Shown piece after piece: positions 48,703-58,101 of a DNA stretch of 64,000 nucleotides. The translations under genes and the position numbers were made by a program. The notes beneath the pieces were generated by a model, which saw only the letters and a program-made list of their open reading frames with translations, made no database searches and had not been told where the DNA came from. The stretch's first letter is position 1; the number at the start of each line of letters is the position of its first letter. This DNA comes from a virus (taxonomy: Duplodnaviria > Caudoviricetes): positions 1,901-65,900 of IMG/VR virus record IMGVR_UViG_3300034272_002196, one strand, 5' to 3'.

Positions 48703-48921
48703 TTAGAAAAAGGGCAGCCCTGTTTCCTTTGTGGTATTAATATTATCTTCGACAATACTATTAATAATTTCTCTTTCTTGAAAACTTATTTCCATAGCTT
48801 CGCTGTAAGTTATTCCACCTCTCATGTGCCAACAAATTTTTAATATATTCTTTTTAAGGGCTTTTGAATCCTTGTCGAAATCATTGATCATTTCAACAAT
48901 TGATTCATTGTCTAAACTCAA
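48703..48921 (-). CDS. Small baseplate hub/tail assembly protein (gp51-like), possibly a frameshift extension of the gp26-like protein
   Basis: [21 protein letters not shown]; lies in the -1 frame directly after the gp26-like gene; weak TTG start. Confidence 0.6.
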   Translation of the reverse strand: MSLDNESIVEMINDFDKDSKALKKNILKICWHMRGGITYSEAMEISFQEREIINSIVEDNINTTKETGLPFF

Positions 48922-48926
48922 AAGCC

Positions 48927-49769
48927 TTATGCGAAAAAACTTGATTGCTCAAAAACTAATGGAGTTTCATAGGGTTTATTGCAGTCTTCATGCTCACATG
49001 TTATAGGAAGTTTTTTAAGTGGGCTTTGTTCCCCAAAGCTTTCTAATTTTACTTTAACCGAGTCCCACACGGTTTTATTGCAATTTTGAAAGAATTCATG
49101 AATCTGCACTGGATCTTCTACTACAACACCTTCTTCTGTTTTAATTCCAGCCACACTTTTACTGATTTGTTCTACTGTAAGAGTTAACAATCTTTGAAAA
49201 ACAACATTGAATTTTGCTAATTTTTCTTCTTCACTCAAAGAATCATCTCCTGCTACAGATAATAATCGTTGATGTTCATAGTTTTCTAAACTGGCTTTGT
49301 TAAATTGCTGGTACGTATGAGGTTTGATGTAAATTTCAAGTCCTTCTACTTTTATAATAGAATCAAAATCAGGACAGGTTATCTGCGAAGATAACACGCT
49401 TAGATCCGCAGTGTTTTCATTTTTCCTTTTACAGTGGGGGCAAACACTGACAAACTCCATGCCTGGACCGTATGTTGCATGGCGTATAGCTATTAGTACT
49501 GCATCTAAGTCGATGGCAGGCATTTTCCATGCATCCTTGATGGCAGGCACACAACTTTGTATAACGTCCACAGTGCTTTGTCCATTCAACAGTGCATCGG
49601 GAGTTTTTAATATTAATTCATCTTTGGCAGTCATTGGGTAAACTGGTAATTCTCCAGTAACTGGCAGCTCGAGACTTCCAGCTGGATACCAGCGTCCATT
49701 GCTGGGCAATTTTAGATATAATTGAGGCTGTCTAAAATGTTTAGCCAGCGGATTTGAGTTATTAACCAT
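48927..49769 (-). CDS. gp26: Baseplate hub assembly chaperone, T4 gp26-like
   Basis: LKLPS...PMTAKDE.IL...DLDAVLIAIR..TYG...CPHC...CEHEDC...SFF; adjacent to the tape-measure-like gene. Confidence 0.75.
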   Translation of the reverse strand: MVNNSNPLAKHFRQPQLYLKLPSNGRWYPAGSLELPVTGELPVYPMTAKDELILKTPDALLNGQSTVDVIQSCVPAIKDAWKMPAIDLDAVLIAIRHATYGPGMEFVSVCPHCKRKNENTADLSVLSSQITCPDFDSIIKVEGLEIYIKPHTYQQFNKASLENYEHQRLLSVAGDDSLSEEEKLAKFNVVFQRLLTLTVEQISKSVAGIKTEEGVVVEDPVQIHEFFQNCNKTVWDSVKVKLESFGEQSPLKKLPITCEHEDCNKPYETPLVFEQSSFFA

Positions 49770-49826
49770 ATTTTAATCCAATAAATATATTAATACTTAT
49801 CTTGGTAAATTTACAAAAAATAGATT

Positions 49827-51911
49827 ATGGATGAAAGAACACAACAACTGCTGGAAAGACTTGGGTTAACAACCAGAGATACCACCGGCGCAATGCAGCA
49901 GTTACTCTCGGCATTAAGTAGAACTACAGGGGCCAGCAACAATCAAACTAATGCAGCAACAGTGGCCGCACAATCCTTACAACAATTGCAGGGTAGTTCT
50001 AATAGACTTGCAACAGGTTTAAGCAGTGCTTTAAGTGTAGGCACTGGCTTTGTATCCGGTTTAACAAGTTTAACAGCCAGTATTTACGGTGCAGACAAAG
50101 CTTTTACCAGTGTTATACCTACTTTAAGTTTCATTACTAATACTTTTACTAAAAGCGTTACAGCAGCTGGCACAGCATTGAGTGGTTTATCTGTTAAAGG
50201 TTTTAGCTTTGGTAGAGCCAGTGAAGCAGCAGCCGCAGGTGTAACAGCCACATTTGAAGTTTTGTCGGACGTTATTAAATTTCAAATTGAAAGTGCTCAA
50301 AAAGTATCTGATCAATTCCAAGAACTGACCAAAGTTGGTGCAACTTTTGGTGGCAGCATAGGAACAATGGGCGCAGTTGCAAAAGAGTTACGTATACCTT
50401 TGTTACAGTTTGGCAGAGTCATTACTAGTAACGTTGAATCGTTGAGTAAATTAGGAGTTGGGATAACTGATGCAGGAGCCAGAGTAGTTTCTTTTGGCAT
50501 GGATCTTTACGACAAAGAGGACTCTTTACTGGCCTTATACGGTAGCATAGAAAATATCAGTGAAGGGGTAGCAGATTTCATGGCTTTGCAAGCTGGTCTA
50601 GGTAAAGCTCAAACCACTGATTATTATGCACAGCGGAACTCAATTAAAGAGTATTTGATTAGACAAAAAGAATTAACAGCAATAACTGGACAAAGTGCAG
50701 ATGCTCTTAAAAAAGCAGAAGAAGAACGCAGAAAAGATCTAGCTTATCAATTAAAAGTTAGCAGGATGAGTCCCATAGCTCAAGAAAATATTAAAGAAGG
50801 ATTTGCGATCGCTCAGGCTAAGTTTGGTGACGAAGCTGCTCAATACTTAAAAGAATATGTTAGAACACAGGGAAAAATAACAGATCCTGCAATGATAGCA
50901 TATGCTAACGGTAATCAAGAAGTCGCTAGGACCATGCAGATGTTTGCTGAAAATGTGAATTTATCAAGAGATGATTTTAGAAGAAATTATGCAGGATTTA
51001 TAAAAGAAAATGCAGGCGCTTATAGAGGATTTGCCGAAAGCATCGAAGATTTAGCAGAATTGCCACCTCAGTTGATGAATCCTTTTGTTCAATCTATGAC
51101 TAAACAGGGCGCTTCACTGATTGCAAATATGGGATTTTTTGAAGATTTGCCGGCTACTGTAGAAAGAATGATAGCTGAAGGAACAAAGTTACGTGATGTG
51201 TTAACCGACCCTGCTACTAAAGCATTTGTTGATGCTGAAAGAGACCGAGCTAGAATTCAAAGAGAAATTGATACAACCGTACTAACTAATATGCAAAATA
51301 TTGGAGGTACTATAAGATTTTTAAATGAAATGACTCTGTCTATAGTAAAAACACAGGGAAACATTAGTGAGCTTTTGGAAAAGCTTAAACAAATGCCAAT
51401 GGAAGCACAAAAATTTAACGACGCCGTTGGGGCTATGGTGGATAATATTTTTAAAAGAATGGGGTTTGACCTTCCTCCTAATAGATCAGAGCGTGGATCG
51501 GGATCAGATGTTCTCTCAATACTGCGAGAAATTTTTTCAGGAAATCGAACTCTCCCAGTGTCAGTGAATCCAGGCCAATCACCAATTCCTGTGGCCATAG
51601 TTTCTAATACAGCCACAGCAAGCCCTTCATCGCCAGCTGTTCCAACAAGTACAGTACTGTCTCAAGCATCTGTTGTTACTGCTATGACTGATACAAAAGT
51701 GGCATCAGAATCGGCTAAGGACGATTCTCGTAACTTATCAGCTGAAGTTAGCAGATTACAAACTCAATTGGCAGCAGTAACTAACAACAACACTACTGCT
51801 ACACAACTGGTCACAGCACTAACTGATCAGAACAGCCTAATGAAAGGGCTGAATGATAAAATGGATCGGATGGTAGATTCCAATGGCAGGATATTTGAAG
51901 CATTGGCTTAA
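49827..51911 (+). CDS. Putative tape measure / hub (gp29-like) protein
   Basis: Long helical Ala/Gly/Thr-rich protein between the gp26-like chaperone and the portal; ATAAATA at 49781-49787. Confidence 0.55.
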   Translation: MDERTQQLLERLGLTTRDTTGAMQQLLSALSRTTGASNNQTNAATVAAQSLQQLQGSSNRLATGLSSALSVGTGFVSGLTSLTASIYGADKAFTSVIPTLSFITNTFTKSVTAAGTALSGLSVKGFSFGRASEAAAAGVTATFEVLSDVIKFQIESAQKVSDQFQELTKVGATFGGSIGTMGAVAKELRIPLLQFGRVITSNVESLSKLGVGITDAGARVVSFGMDLYDKEDSLLALYGSIENISEGVADFMALQAGLGKAQTTDYYAQRNSIKEYLIRQKELTAITGQSADALKKAEEERRKDLAYQLKVSRMSPIAQENIKEGFAIAQAKFGDEAAQYLKEYVRTQGKITDPAMIAYANGNQEVARTMQMFAENVNLSRDDFRRNYAGFIKENAGAYRGFAESIEDLAELPPQLMNPFVQSMTKQGASLIANMGFFEDLPATVERMIAEGTKLRDVLTDPATKAFVDAERDRARIQREIDTTVLTNMQNIGGTIRFLNEMTLSIVKTQGNISELLEKLKQMPMEAQKFNDAVGAMVDNIFKRMGFDLPPNRSERGSGSDVLSILREIFSGNRTLPVSVNPGQSPIPVAIVSNTATASPSSPAVPTSTVLSQASVVTAMTDTKVASESAKDDSRNLSAEVSRLQTQLAAVTNNNTTATQLVTALTDQNSLMKGLNDKMDRMVDSNGRIFEALA

Positions 51912-51945
51912 TTTTTAGGTAAATATCTAACCGGAGATTAATTTA

Positions 51946-53661
51946 ATGGCATGGAAAAAATATTTTAAGGTAGCCAACGTTGCGGGTGCAGTTAGCCCGA
52001 TTAATGGGTCACAGGGTCGAGATGTTACTTATAGAAACTATCAAAGCAATCTGCCAGAAGTTTATATTGGGCATCCAAATCGTATTGAGCGATATAATCA
52101 GTATGAACAAATGGACATGGACAGCGAAGTCAACGCGGCATTGGATATTCTAAGTGAATTTAGTACTCAATCAAACGAAGAAAACGGTACAGCCTTTAAA
52201 TTTTATTGGAAAGAAAAACCCACGGATAACGAAGTTAAAATTATCAGTGAGCAGCTTACACAATGGGTAAGTTTAAATGAATTAAACAAACGTATCTTTA
52301 AGATGTTTCGAAACACTATAAAATACGGAGATCAAGTGTTCATAAGAGATCCAGAGAATTTTAAATTATTCTGGGTTGAAATGAGCAAAGTAGTAAAAGT
52401 TATCGTAAATGAATCTGAAGGTAAAAAACCTGAACAATATATAGTTAAAGATATTGCACCTAATTTTCAAAATTTAACAGCGACTACCATTAATACCAGT
52501 GACGTAAATGTGAATCATCCTCAGGTTGGTGGCGGCAGCGGAGCATATATACAACCAAAAAATCCATATGGCGGCGGCAGCAGATTTAGTCATGCTCAGA
52601 ATGAAGTTGCAGTGAATGCTGAACATATTGTACATTTGACACTGACAGAAGGTTTGGATTTTAGTTGGCCGTTTGGTAACAGTGTACTAGAAAATGTGTT
52701 TAAAGTATTCAAGCAAAAAGAATTGCTGGAAGATGCTATCATTATCTATCGTGTACAACGAGCACCAGAGCGTAGAATTTTCTATATCGATGTAGGTAAT
52801 ATGCCCAGTCACTTGGCCATGGCCTTTGTTGAACGAGTTAAAAATGAAGTTCATCAGCGCCGAATACCCACACAGACTGGTGGCGGCCAAAACATGATGG
52901 ATGCAACTTATAATCCATTGAGCACAAATGAAGACTATTTCTTTCCTCAAACAGCAGAAGGACGTGGTAGTAAAGTAGACACTCTTCCTGGCGGTAGTAA
53001 TTTAGGGGAGATAACAGATCTGCATTTCTTTACTAATAAGTTGTTTAGAGGTCTGCGTATTCCTGCCAGTTATTTGCCCAGTGGACTAGATGATGGGACC
53101 AGTAATCCTAATTCTTTTAGTGACGGCCGAGTCGGTACAGCATTGATACAAGAATGGAGATTCAATCAGTATTGTATGCGATTACAGCGTATGATCTGTG
53201 AAAAATTAGATCAAGAATTTAAACTTTTCCTTCGTTGGAGGGGTATTAATATTGATAATAACTTGTTTGACCTACAGTTCAATGAGCCTCAGAACTTTGC
53301 TAGCTATAGACAAGCAGAAGTAGATGGTGCAAGAATTGGATCGTTTACTCAACTTGAGCAATATCCATATCTTAGTAAGCGGTTTTTATTGTCGAGATAT
53401 CTTGGTCTAACTGAAGAAGAAATGGTAGAAAATGAACGCATGTGGGCTGAAGAACAAGGTGATTTGGAAAAAGCACCTGCTGATGGTGCAGGACTACGTA
53501 GTGTTGGCATTACCCCAGGCGGATTAGAATCTGATTTAGAAGCTTCGTCCTTGCCACCACCAGGTGAAGGGCAGGAAGTTGGCGCAGCTCCGCCTGGTGG
53601 AGCTGAAATTCCAGGACCTGGGGCCGCAGCAGCCGCCGCCCCTGCTCCGGCCGGAGTCTGA
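51946..53661 (+). CDS. gp20: Portal protein
   Basis: LLEDAIIIYRVQRAPERRIFYIDVGNMP, EDYFFP..EGRGS.VDTLPGG, T4 gp20-family motifs. Confidence 0.95.
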   Translation: MAWKKYFKVANVAGAVSPINGSQGRDVTYRNYQSNLPEVYIGHPNRIERYNQYEQMDMDSEVNAALDILSEFSTQSNEENGTAFKFYWKEKPTDNEVKIISEQLTQWVSLNELNKRIFKMFRNTIKYGDQVFIRDPENFKLFWVEMSKVVKVIVNESEGKKPEQYIVKDIAPNFQNLTATTINTSDVNVNHPQVGGGSGAYIQPKNPYGGGSRFSHAQNEVAVNAEHIVHLTLTEGLDFSWPFGNSVLENVFKVFKQKELLEDAIIIYRVQRAPERRIFYIDVGNMPSHLAMAFVERVKNEVHQRRIPTQTGGGQNMMDATYNPLSTNEDYFFPQTAEGRGSKVDTLPGGSNLGEITDLHFFTNKLFRGLRIPASYLPSGLDDGTSNPNSFSDGRVGTALIQEWRFNQYCMRLQRMICEKLDQEFKLFLRWRGINIDNNLFDLQFNEPQNFASYRQAEVDGARIGSFTQLEQYPYLSKRFLLSRYLGLTEEEMVENERMWAEEQGDLEKAPADGAGLRSVGITPGGLESDLEASSLPPPGEGQEVGAAPPGGAEIPGPGAAAAAAPAPAGV

Positions 53662-53689
53662 TAAATTAGTCACGTTTGGTAAATACAAG

Positions 53690-53914
53690 ATGCAATTATT
53701 AGAACTTTATAATCAGATCCCCGACGGGTACAGAACAGAAAAAGATGACAATTCTGTTATGAAAGTTAATGACACCAGAAAAACTCGGTTGACTCTGGAT
53801 AGACTTAATAAATTGCGTATGATGAATGACATTCGCAAATTAGAACACGAAAAAAAATTAGAAAAAGTAAGTGTTCAATATAAACCTCCTGCAGCCACAC
53901 AAGCAGGTCTGTAA
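53690..53914 (+). CDS. Small head-region protein
   Basis: MQLLELY...DTRKTRLTLDRLNKLR; ATG 53690 preferred because the track start overlaps the portal; GTAAATA at 53679-53685. Confidence 0.7.
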   Translation: MQLLELYNQIPDGYRTEKDDNSVMKVNDTRKTRLTLDRLNKLRMMNDIRKLEHEKKLEKVSVQYKPPAATQAGL

Positions 53915-54022
53915 TTATTATTACAAAATCATTCAAAAAACACCCATTTAACATATAAAATACGTATATTCTGTAAATAACTATATAGAATTCCGACACA
54001 TATTTCATAAAGGAACCAAAAT

Positions 54023-54982
54023 ATGTCTAAATATGAGCAATTAATTGAATACATTATTAATGAAGACGAAGCTAAAGCTCGCGAACTTTTTCATCAAATC
54101 GTTGTTGAAAAATCACGTGAAATTTACGAATCTCTCATTGATGAACAAGACTTAGAAGAAGTTGGTGGTAACCAAGTTGATCAAATGGTTGACGAAATTA
54201 CCACAGACGAAGAAGGCATGGACGAAGCCGAAGAAATGGATATCGAAGTAGATTCCGAAGAAGACGGCGAAGAAGACGAAGATGGCATGGACATGGGCGA
54301 TGACGGCATGGACGCAGGCGACGACGAAATGGACATGGGCGACGATGGCGACATTGAAGGTCGCGTAATGGATCTTGAAGATGCATTAGACGAACTTAAA
54401 GCTGAATTTGATTCATTGATGGGCGATGACGGCATGGACGACGGCATGGACATGGGTGGCGATGACGGCATGGACATGGGTGGCGATGACGGTATGGACA
54501 TGGGTATGGGCGACGAAGGCGACGAAGAAATGCCCGAAGGCCAATACGGCATGATGGAAGCAGCTAAAAAGTCTAAAAAAGAAGAAATGCTTAAAGACAA
54601 AAAAGCAAAAAAGATGACTGAAGCTGAATGGATCCGCGAATACGTGGAAAAAATTGGTGAGCCATTTCCAGGAAAGAATACAGAAACAGGTGAAGTTGGT
54701 GCAGGCGGTACAGCCAGTTTGAATACTAAGTCTGTTGTTGCTGGTAAGAACGATATGGGCGGAACTGCTGCTAATATTGCTAAAGGCGGTGCAGAGTCTG
54801 ATCCAAGCGGAACACCAAACAAAAAACCTAGCGGTCTTTTAAAAGGTGGCCAGGACTTAATTGGTAAAGTACAAAACAGCCCAGGTGCTAACGCTGGCAA
54901 ATCTGCTTATAAAAGCAAAGCTCCTTCGGTGTCAAAGAATGAAGTCGGTGGAATAAACGACAAAAGTCCGTTGGCCAAGTAA
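54023..54982 (+). CDS. Acidic prohead core/scaffold-like protein
   Basis: Between portal and protease; strong SD (AAGGA); Asp/Glu/Met/Gly-rich repeats, then a Lys/Gly-rich C-terminus. Confidence 0.65.
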   Translation: MSKYEQLIEYIINEDEAKARELFHQIVVEKSREIYESLIDEQDLEEVGGNQVDQMVDEITTDEEGMDEAEEMDIEVDSEEDGEEDEDGMDMGDDGMDAGDDEMDMGDDGDIEGRVMDLEDALDELKAEFDSLMGDDGMDDGMDMGGDDGMDMGGDDGMDMGMGDEGDEEMPEGQYGMMEAAKKSKKEEMLKDKKAKKMTEAEWIREYVEKIGEPFPGKNTETGEVGAGGTASLNTKSVVAGKNDMGGTAANIAKGGAESDPSGTPNKKPSGLLKGGQDLIGKVQNSPGANAGKSAYKSKAPSVSKNEVGGINDKSPLAK

Positions 54983-54992
54983 GGAATAAACT

Positions 54993-55631
54993 GTGAAAAG
55001 TTTAATACAGGAACACTTATCTTTTGATAACGCCAGAATGGAAGTTCTGGCAGAGTCTACTGCTGACGGTCAAGGAAAGAATCTGTATATGAAAGGGATA
55101 TTTGTGCAAGGTGGCGTAAAGAACGCTAACCAGCGTGTGTATCCTGTACAAGAAATAGCTGAAGCAGTTGGCAGTGTTAATAAACAACTCAAGGAAGGTT
55201 ATAGCGTTTTAGGCGAACTAGACCATCCTGACGATTTAAAAATTAATCTAGACCGAGTGAGTCATATGATCACAGAAATGTGGATGGATGGCCCAAATGG
55301 TTTTGGTAAATTAAAAATTCTTCCAACTCCAATGGGCGAACTGGTGAAAGCCATGTTAACCTCGGGAGTGAAGTTAGGCGTGTCTAGTAGAGGTAGCGGC
55401 AACGTTAACGAAAGCTCAGGGCATGTCAGTGACTTTGAAATAGTCACAGTTGATATAGTTGCACAACCGAGTGCTCCTAATGCATATCCTAAGGCCGTTT
55501 ACGAAGGGCTTATGAATATGCGTAACGGGCATAGGGTACTCGAAATGGCAAAAGATGCCGGTGCAAATCAAAAAGTACAGAAGTTTTTAGCTGAGGAAGT
55601 AAAACGCCTCATCAAAGATTTAAAAATATAA
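54993..55631 (+). CDS. gp21: Prohead protease
   Basis: KNANQRVYP, GELDHP, GVSSRGSG, DIVAQPSAPNA; GTG start after AAGGA. Confidence 0.95.
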   Translation: MKSLIQEHLSFDNARMEVLAESTADGQGKNLYMKGIFVQGGVKNANQRVYPVQEIAEAVGSVNKQLKEGYSVLGELDHPDDLKINLDRVSHMITEMWMDGPNGFGKLKILPTPMGELVKAMLTSGVKLGVSSRGSGNVNESSGHVSDFEIVTVDIVAQPSAPNAYPKAVYEGLMNMRNGHRVLEMAKDAGANQKVQKFLAEEVKRLIKDLKI

Positions 55632-55646
55632 CAGGAGAAATGATCC

Positions 55647-56744
55647 ATGTTTGATGCTATCAAACCATTAGTAGACAGTGGTATCATTAACGAAGACACC
55701 AAGCAAGCTATCAGCGAAGCTTGGGAAACTAAGTTAAATGAAGCACGCGAACAAATTCGCGCAGAAATTCGCGAAGAGTTTGCAGGCCGCTATGAACACG
55801 ATAAAGGTGTAATGGTCGAATCTCTAGATAAAATGATCACAGAAAATCTTCAAGCAGAAATTCGTGAATTCGCAGAAGAAAAAGAGCAACTAGCAGCAGA
55901 TCGTGTGCGTTTTAACAAACGTATGCAAGAAAGTGCTGGAAAGTTTGATCAATTCTTAGTTGGAAAACTAGCAGAAGAAATCAAAGAACTAAGAGGCGAT
56001 CGCAAAGTTCAAAAAGAGAACGTTGCTCGTTTAGAGAAGTTTGTTATTAAAGCTCTATCAGAAGAAATTCAAGAATTTGCTAAAGATAAACAAGATGTTG
56101 TAGAAACAAAAGTTCAATTGGTACGTGAAGCTAAGTTAAAATTAGCAGAATTACAAAAGAAATTTATTGCACAATCTGCACAACTTGTTAAAGAATCTGT
56201 ATCGTATAAACTAGAGAATGAATTGACTCAACTAAAAGAAGATATCCAAACTGCTCGCGAGAACAATTTTGGACGTCGATTATTTGAAGCGTTTGCTAGC
56301 GAGTTTGCTATTACTCATTTAAATGAGAATACTGAAATTGCTAAGTTAACAAAAGCTTTAGAGCAAAAAGAAGCAGTGATTGCAGAAGCTAAAAAATCTG
56401 CTGCTGAAAAAACTGCACTAGTTGAATCAAGAGACCGAGAAATTCGTATTATTAAAGATTCTCAAGAGCGTCAACAAACGTTAATCGAATTGTTGAAGCC
56501 GTTGAATAAAGAGAAGCAGACTGTAATGGTAAGCTTGCTCGAAAATGTGCAAACTGATAAATTAAAGTCTGCATATGAAAAGTATCTACCCGCAGTTCTT
56601 AACAATTCTGCTGCAACAAAAACTGAAAAAACAGTTTTGGCAGAAAGTCGTAAAGAAGTGACAGGAGATAAATCTGCTAAGGTCGCCGTTGAATTCGATC
56701 ATAATAATGTGGTTGAAATTAAACGTTTAGCAGGGCTTAAATAA
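55647..56744 (+). CDS. gp22: Prohead scaffolding protein
   Basis: Coiled-coil, Glu/Lys-rich, between protease and MCP; AGGAG SD. Confidence 0.8.
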   Translation: MFDAIKPLVDSGIINEDTKQAISEAWETKLNEAREQIRAEIREEFAGRYEHDKGVMVESLDKMITENLQAEIREFAEEKEQLAADRVRFNKRMQESAGKFDQFLVGKLAEEIKELRGDRKVQKENVARLEKFVIKALSEEIQEFAKDKQDVVETKVQLVREAKLKLAELQKKFIAQSAQLVKESVSYKLENELTQLKEDIQTARENNFGRRLFEAFASEFAITHLNENTEIAKLTKALEQKEAVIAEAKKSAAEKTALVESRDREIRIIKDSQERQQTLIELLKPLNKEKQTVMVSLLENVQTDKLKSAYEKYLPAVLNNSAATKTEKTVLAESRKEVTGDKSAKVAVEFDHNNVVEIKRLAGLK

Positions 56745-56767
56745 ACCCTAATAAGGAAAGAAAAAAA

Positions 56768-57952
56768 ATGACACAAGCACTATTAGAAGGCCGTTGGGGC
56801 GAAACAAAAGACGCCCTGCTAGAAGGTCTTAACGGTTCACGCAGAACCACAATGGGAGTTATCCTTGAGAACACCCGTAAGCATTTGGCTGAAGCTGCAA
56901 CAGCTGGAGCAACAAGCGCAGGTAACGTAGCGACACTTAACCGTGTTATTCTACCAGTTATCCGTCGTGTTATGCCTACAGTTATTGCTAACGAAATCGT
57001 TGGTGTTCAGCCAATGACTGGACCTGTTGCACAGATCCACACATTACGTGTTCGTTATGCAGAAACAACCAACGTAACTGCACCAAGTCCATTTGAAACA
57101 GGCACAACAGCAGGTGACGAAGCACTTAGCCCATTTAAGATTGCTACAGCATATTCTGGTTCTTTGACAACCGGTCGTGCTGCTAGTACATCTTCGTTAG
57201 AAGGTCAACCAGGCCGTAAGATCAACGTACAGATCTTAAAACAAGTTGTTGAAGCCAAAACTCGTAAGTTAAGCGCTCGCTGGACATTCGAGGCTGCACA
57301 AGATGCACAATCTATGCATGGCTTAGACATTGAAGCAGAAATCATGGCTGCTCTAGCACAAGAGATTACAGTTGAGATCGACCAAGAAGTTCTTGGTTCT
57401 CTACGTGCTCTTTCTGCTACAGACTTCGCTTATGATCAAGCTGCTGTATCTGGTACTGCTACATTCGTTGGTGACGAACACGCTGCTTTAGCTGTTCTTA
57501 TCAACCGTGCAGCTAACTTGATCGCTCAGCGTACACGTCGTGGTGCTGGTAATTGGGCTGTTGTAAGTCCAGCTGCATTGACTGTTCTACAGTCTGCAAC
57601 AACCAGTGCTTTCGCTCGTACAACAGAAGGTACATTCGAAGCACCTACAAACACTAAGTTTGTTGGTACACTAAACGGAGCAATGCGTATTTACGTAGAC
57701 AGCTATGCTAGCGATAGCACAGCCGTTCTAGTTGGATACAAAGGTTCTTCAGAGGCTGATGCCGCAGCATTCTACTGCCCATACATTCCTCTAATGAGCT
57801 CTGGAGTTGTTCTAGATCCATCAACATTCGAACCAGTCGTAGGCTTTATGACTCGTTACGGATATGTTGAGTTAACAAATACAGCATCGTCTCTAGGCAA
57901 TGCTGGTGATTACCTAAGCGAAATTAGCGTAGCTAACCTATCGTTCCAGTAA
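56768..57952 (+). CDS. gp23: Major capsid protein
   Basis: VGVQPMTGPV, KTRKLSARWTFEAAQD..HG.D.E, YKGSSE.DA..FYCPYIPL, MTRYG; highly biased codon usage. Confidence 0.97.
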   Translation: MTQALLEGRWGETKDALLEGLNGSRRTTMGVILENTRKHLAEAATAGATSAGNVATLNRVILPVIRRVMPTVIANEIVGVQPMTGPVAQIHTLRVRYAETTNVTAPSPFETGTTAGDEALSPFKIATAYSGSLTTGRAASTSSLEGQPGRKINVQILKQVVEAKTRKLSARWTFEAAQDAQSMHGLDIEAEIMAALAQEITVEIDQEVLGSLRALSATDFAYDQAAVSGTATFVGDEHAALAVLINRAANLIAQRTRRGAGNWAVVSPAALTVLQSATTSAFARTTEGTFEAPTNTKFVGTLNGAMRIYVDSYASDSTAVLVGYKGSSEADAAAFYCPYIPLMSSGVVLDPSTFEPVVGFMTRYGYVELTNTASSLGNAGDYLSEISVANLSFQ

Positions 57953-57989
57953 TCAAGAGTTTACTTACCACTCGGGATGGGAAGACACT

Positions 57990-58012
57990 AAAGGGCCGCA
58001 AGGCCCTTTTTT
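57990..58012 (+). terminator. Rho-independent terminator after the MCP gene
   Basis: AAAGGGCC-GCAA-GGCCCTTT followed by a U-tract. Confidence 0.9.
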
Positions 58013-58101
58013 GTTGGTTATACGATAAATATTAGTGTACTATGATTCTCGTGAGAGCCACTCCGGGTAGCCTAGAACGCTAACATAAAGGAATAAATGA
58101 A

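Noticed and set aside
48675-48755. Track N-terminal extension of the homing endonuclease ORF
   Set aside because: Overlaps the upstream gene; the nuclease motif and late promoter point to ATG 48674.
53564-53689. Track N-terminal extension of the small head-region ORF
   Set aside because: Overlaps the portal 3' end; the late motif sits just before ATG 53690.
54181-54900. 239-aa antisense ORF rich in Ser/Pro/Met
   Set aside because: Mirror of the GAC/GAA/GGC/ATG-rich acidic core gene; no independent signals.
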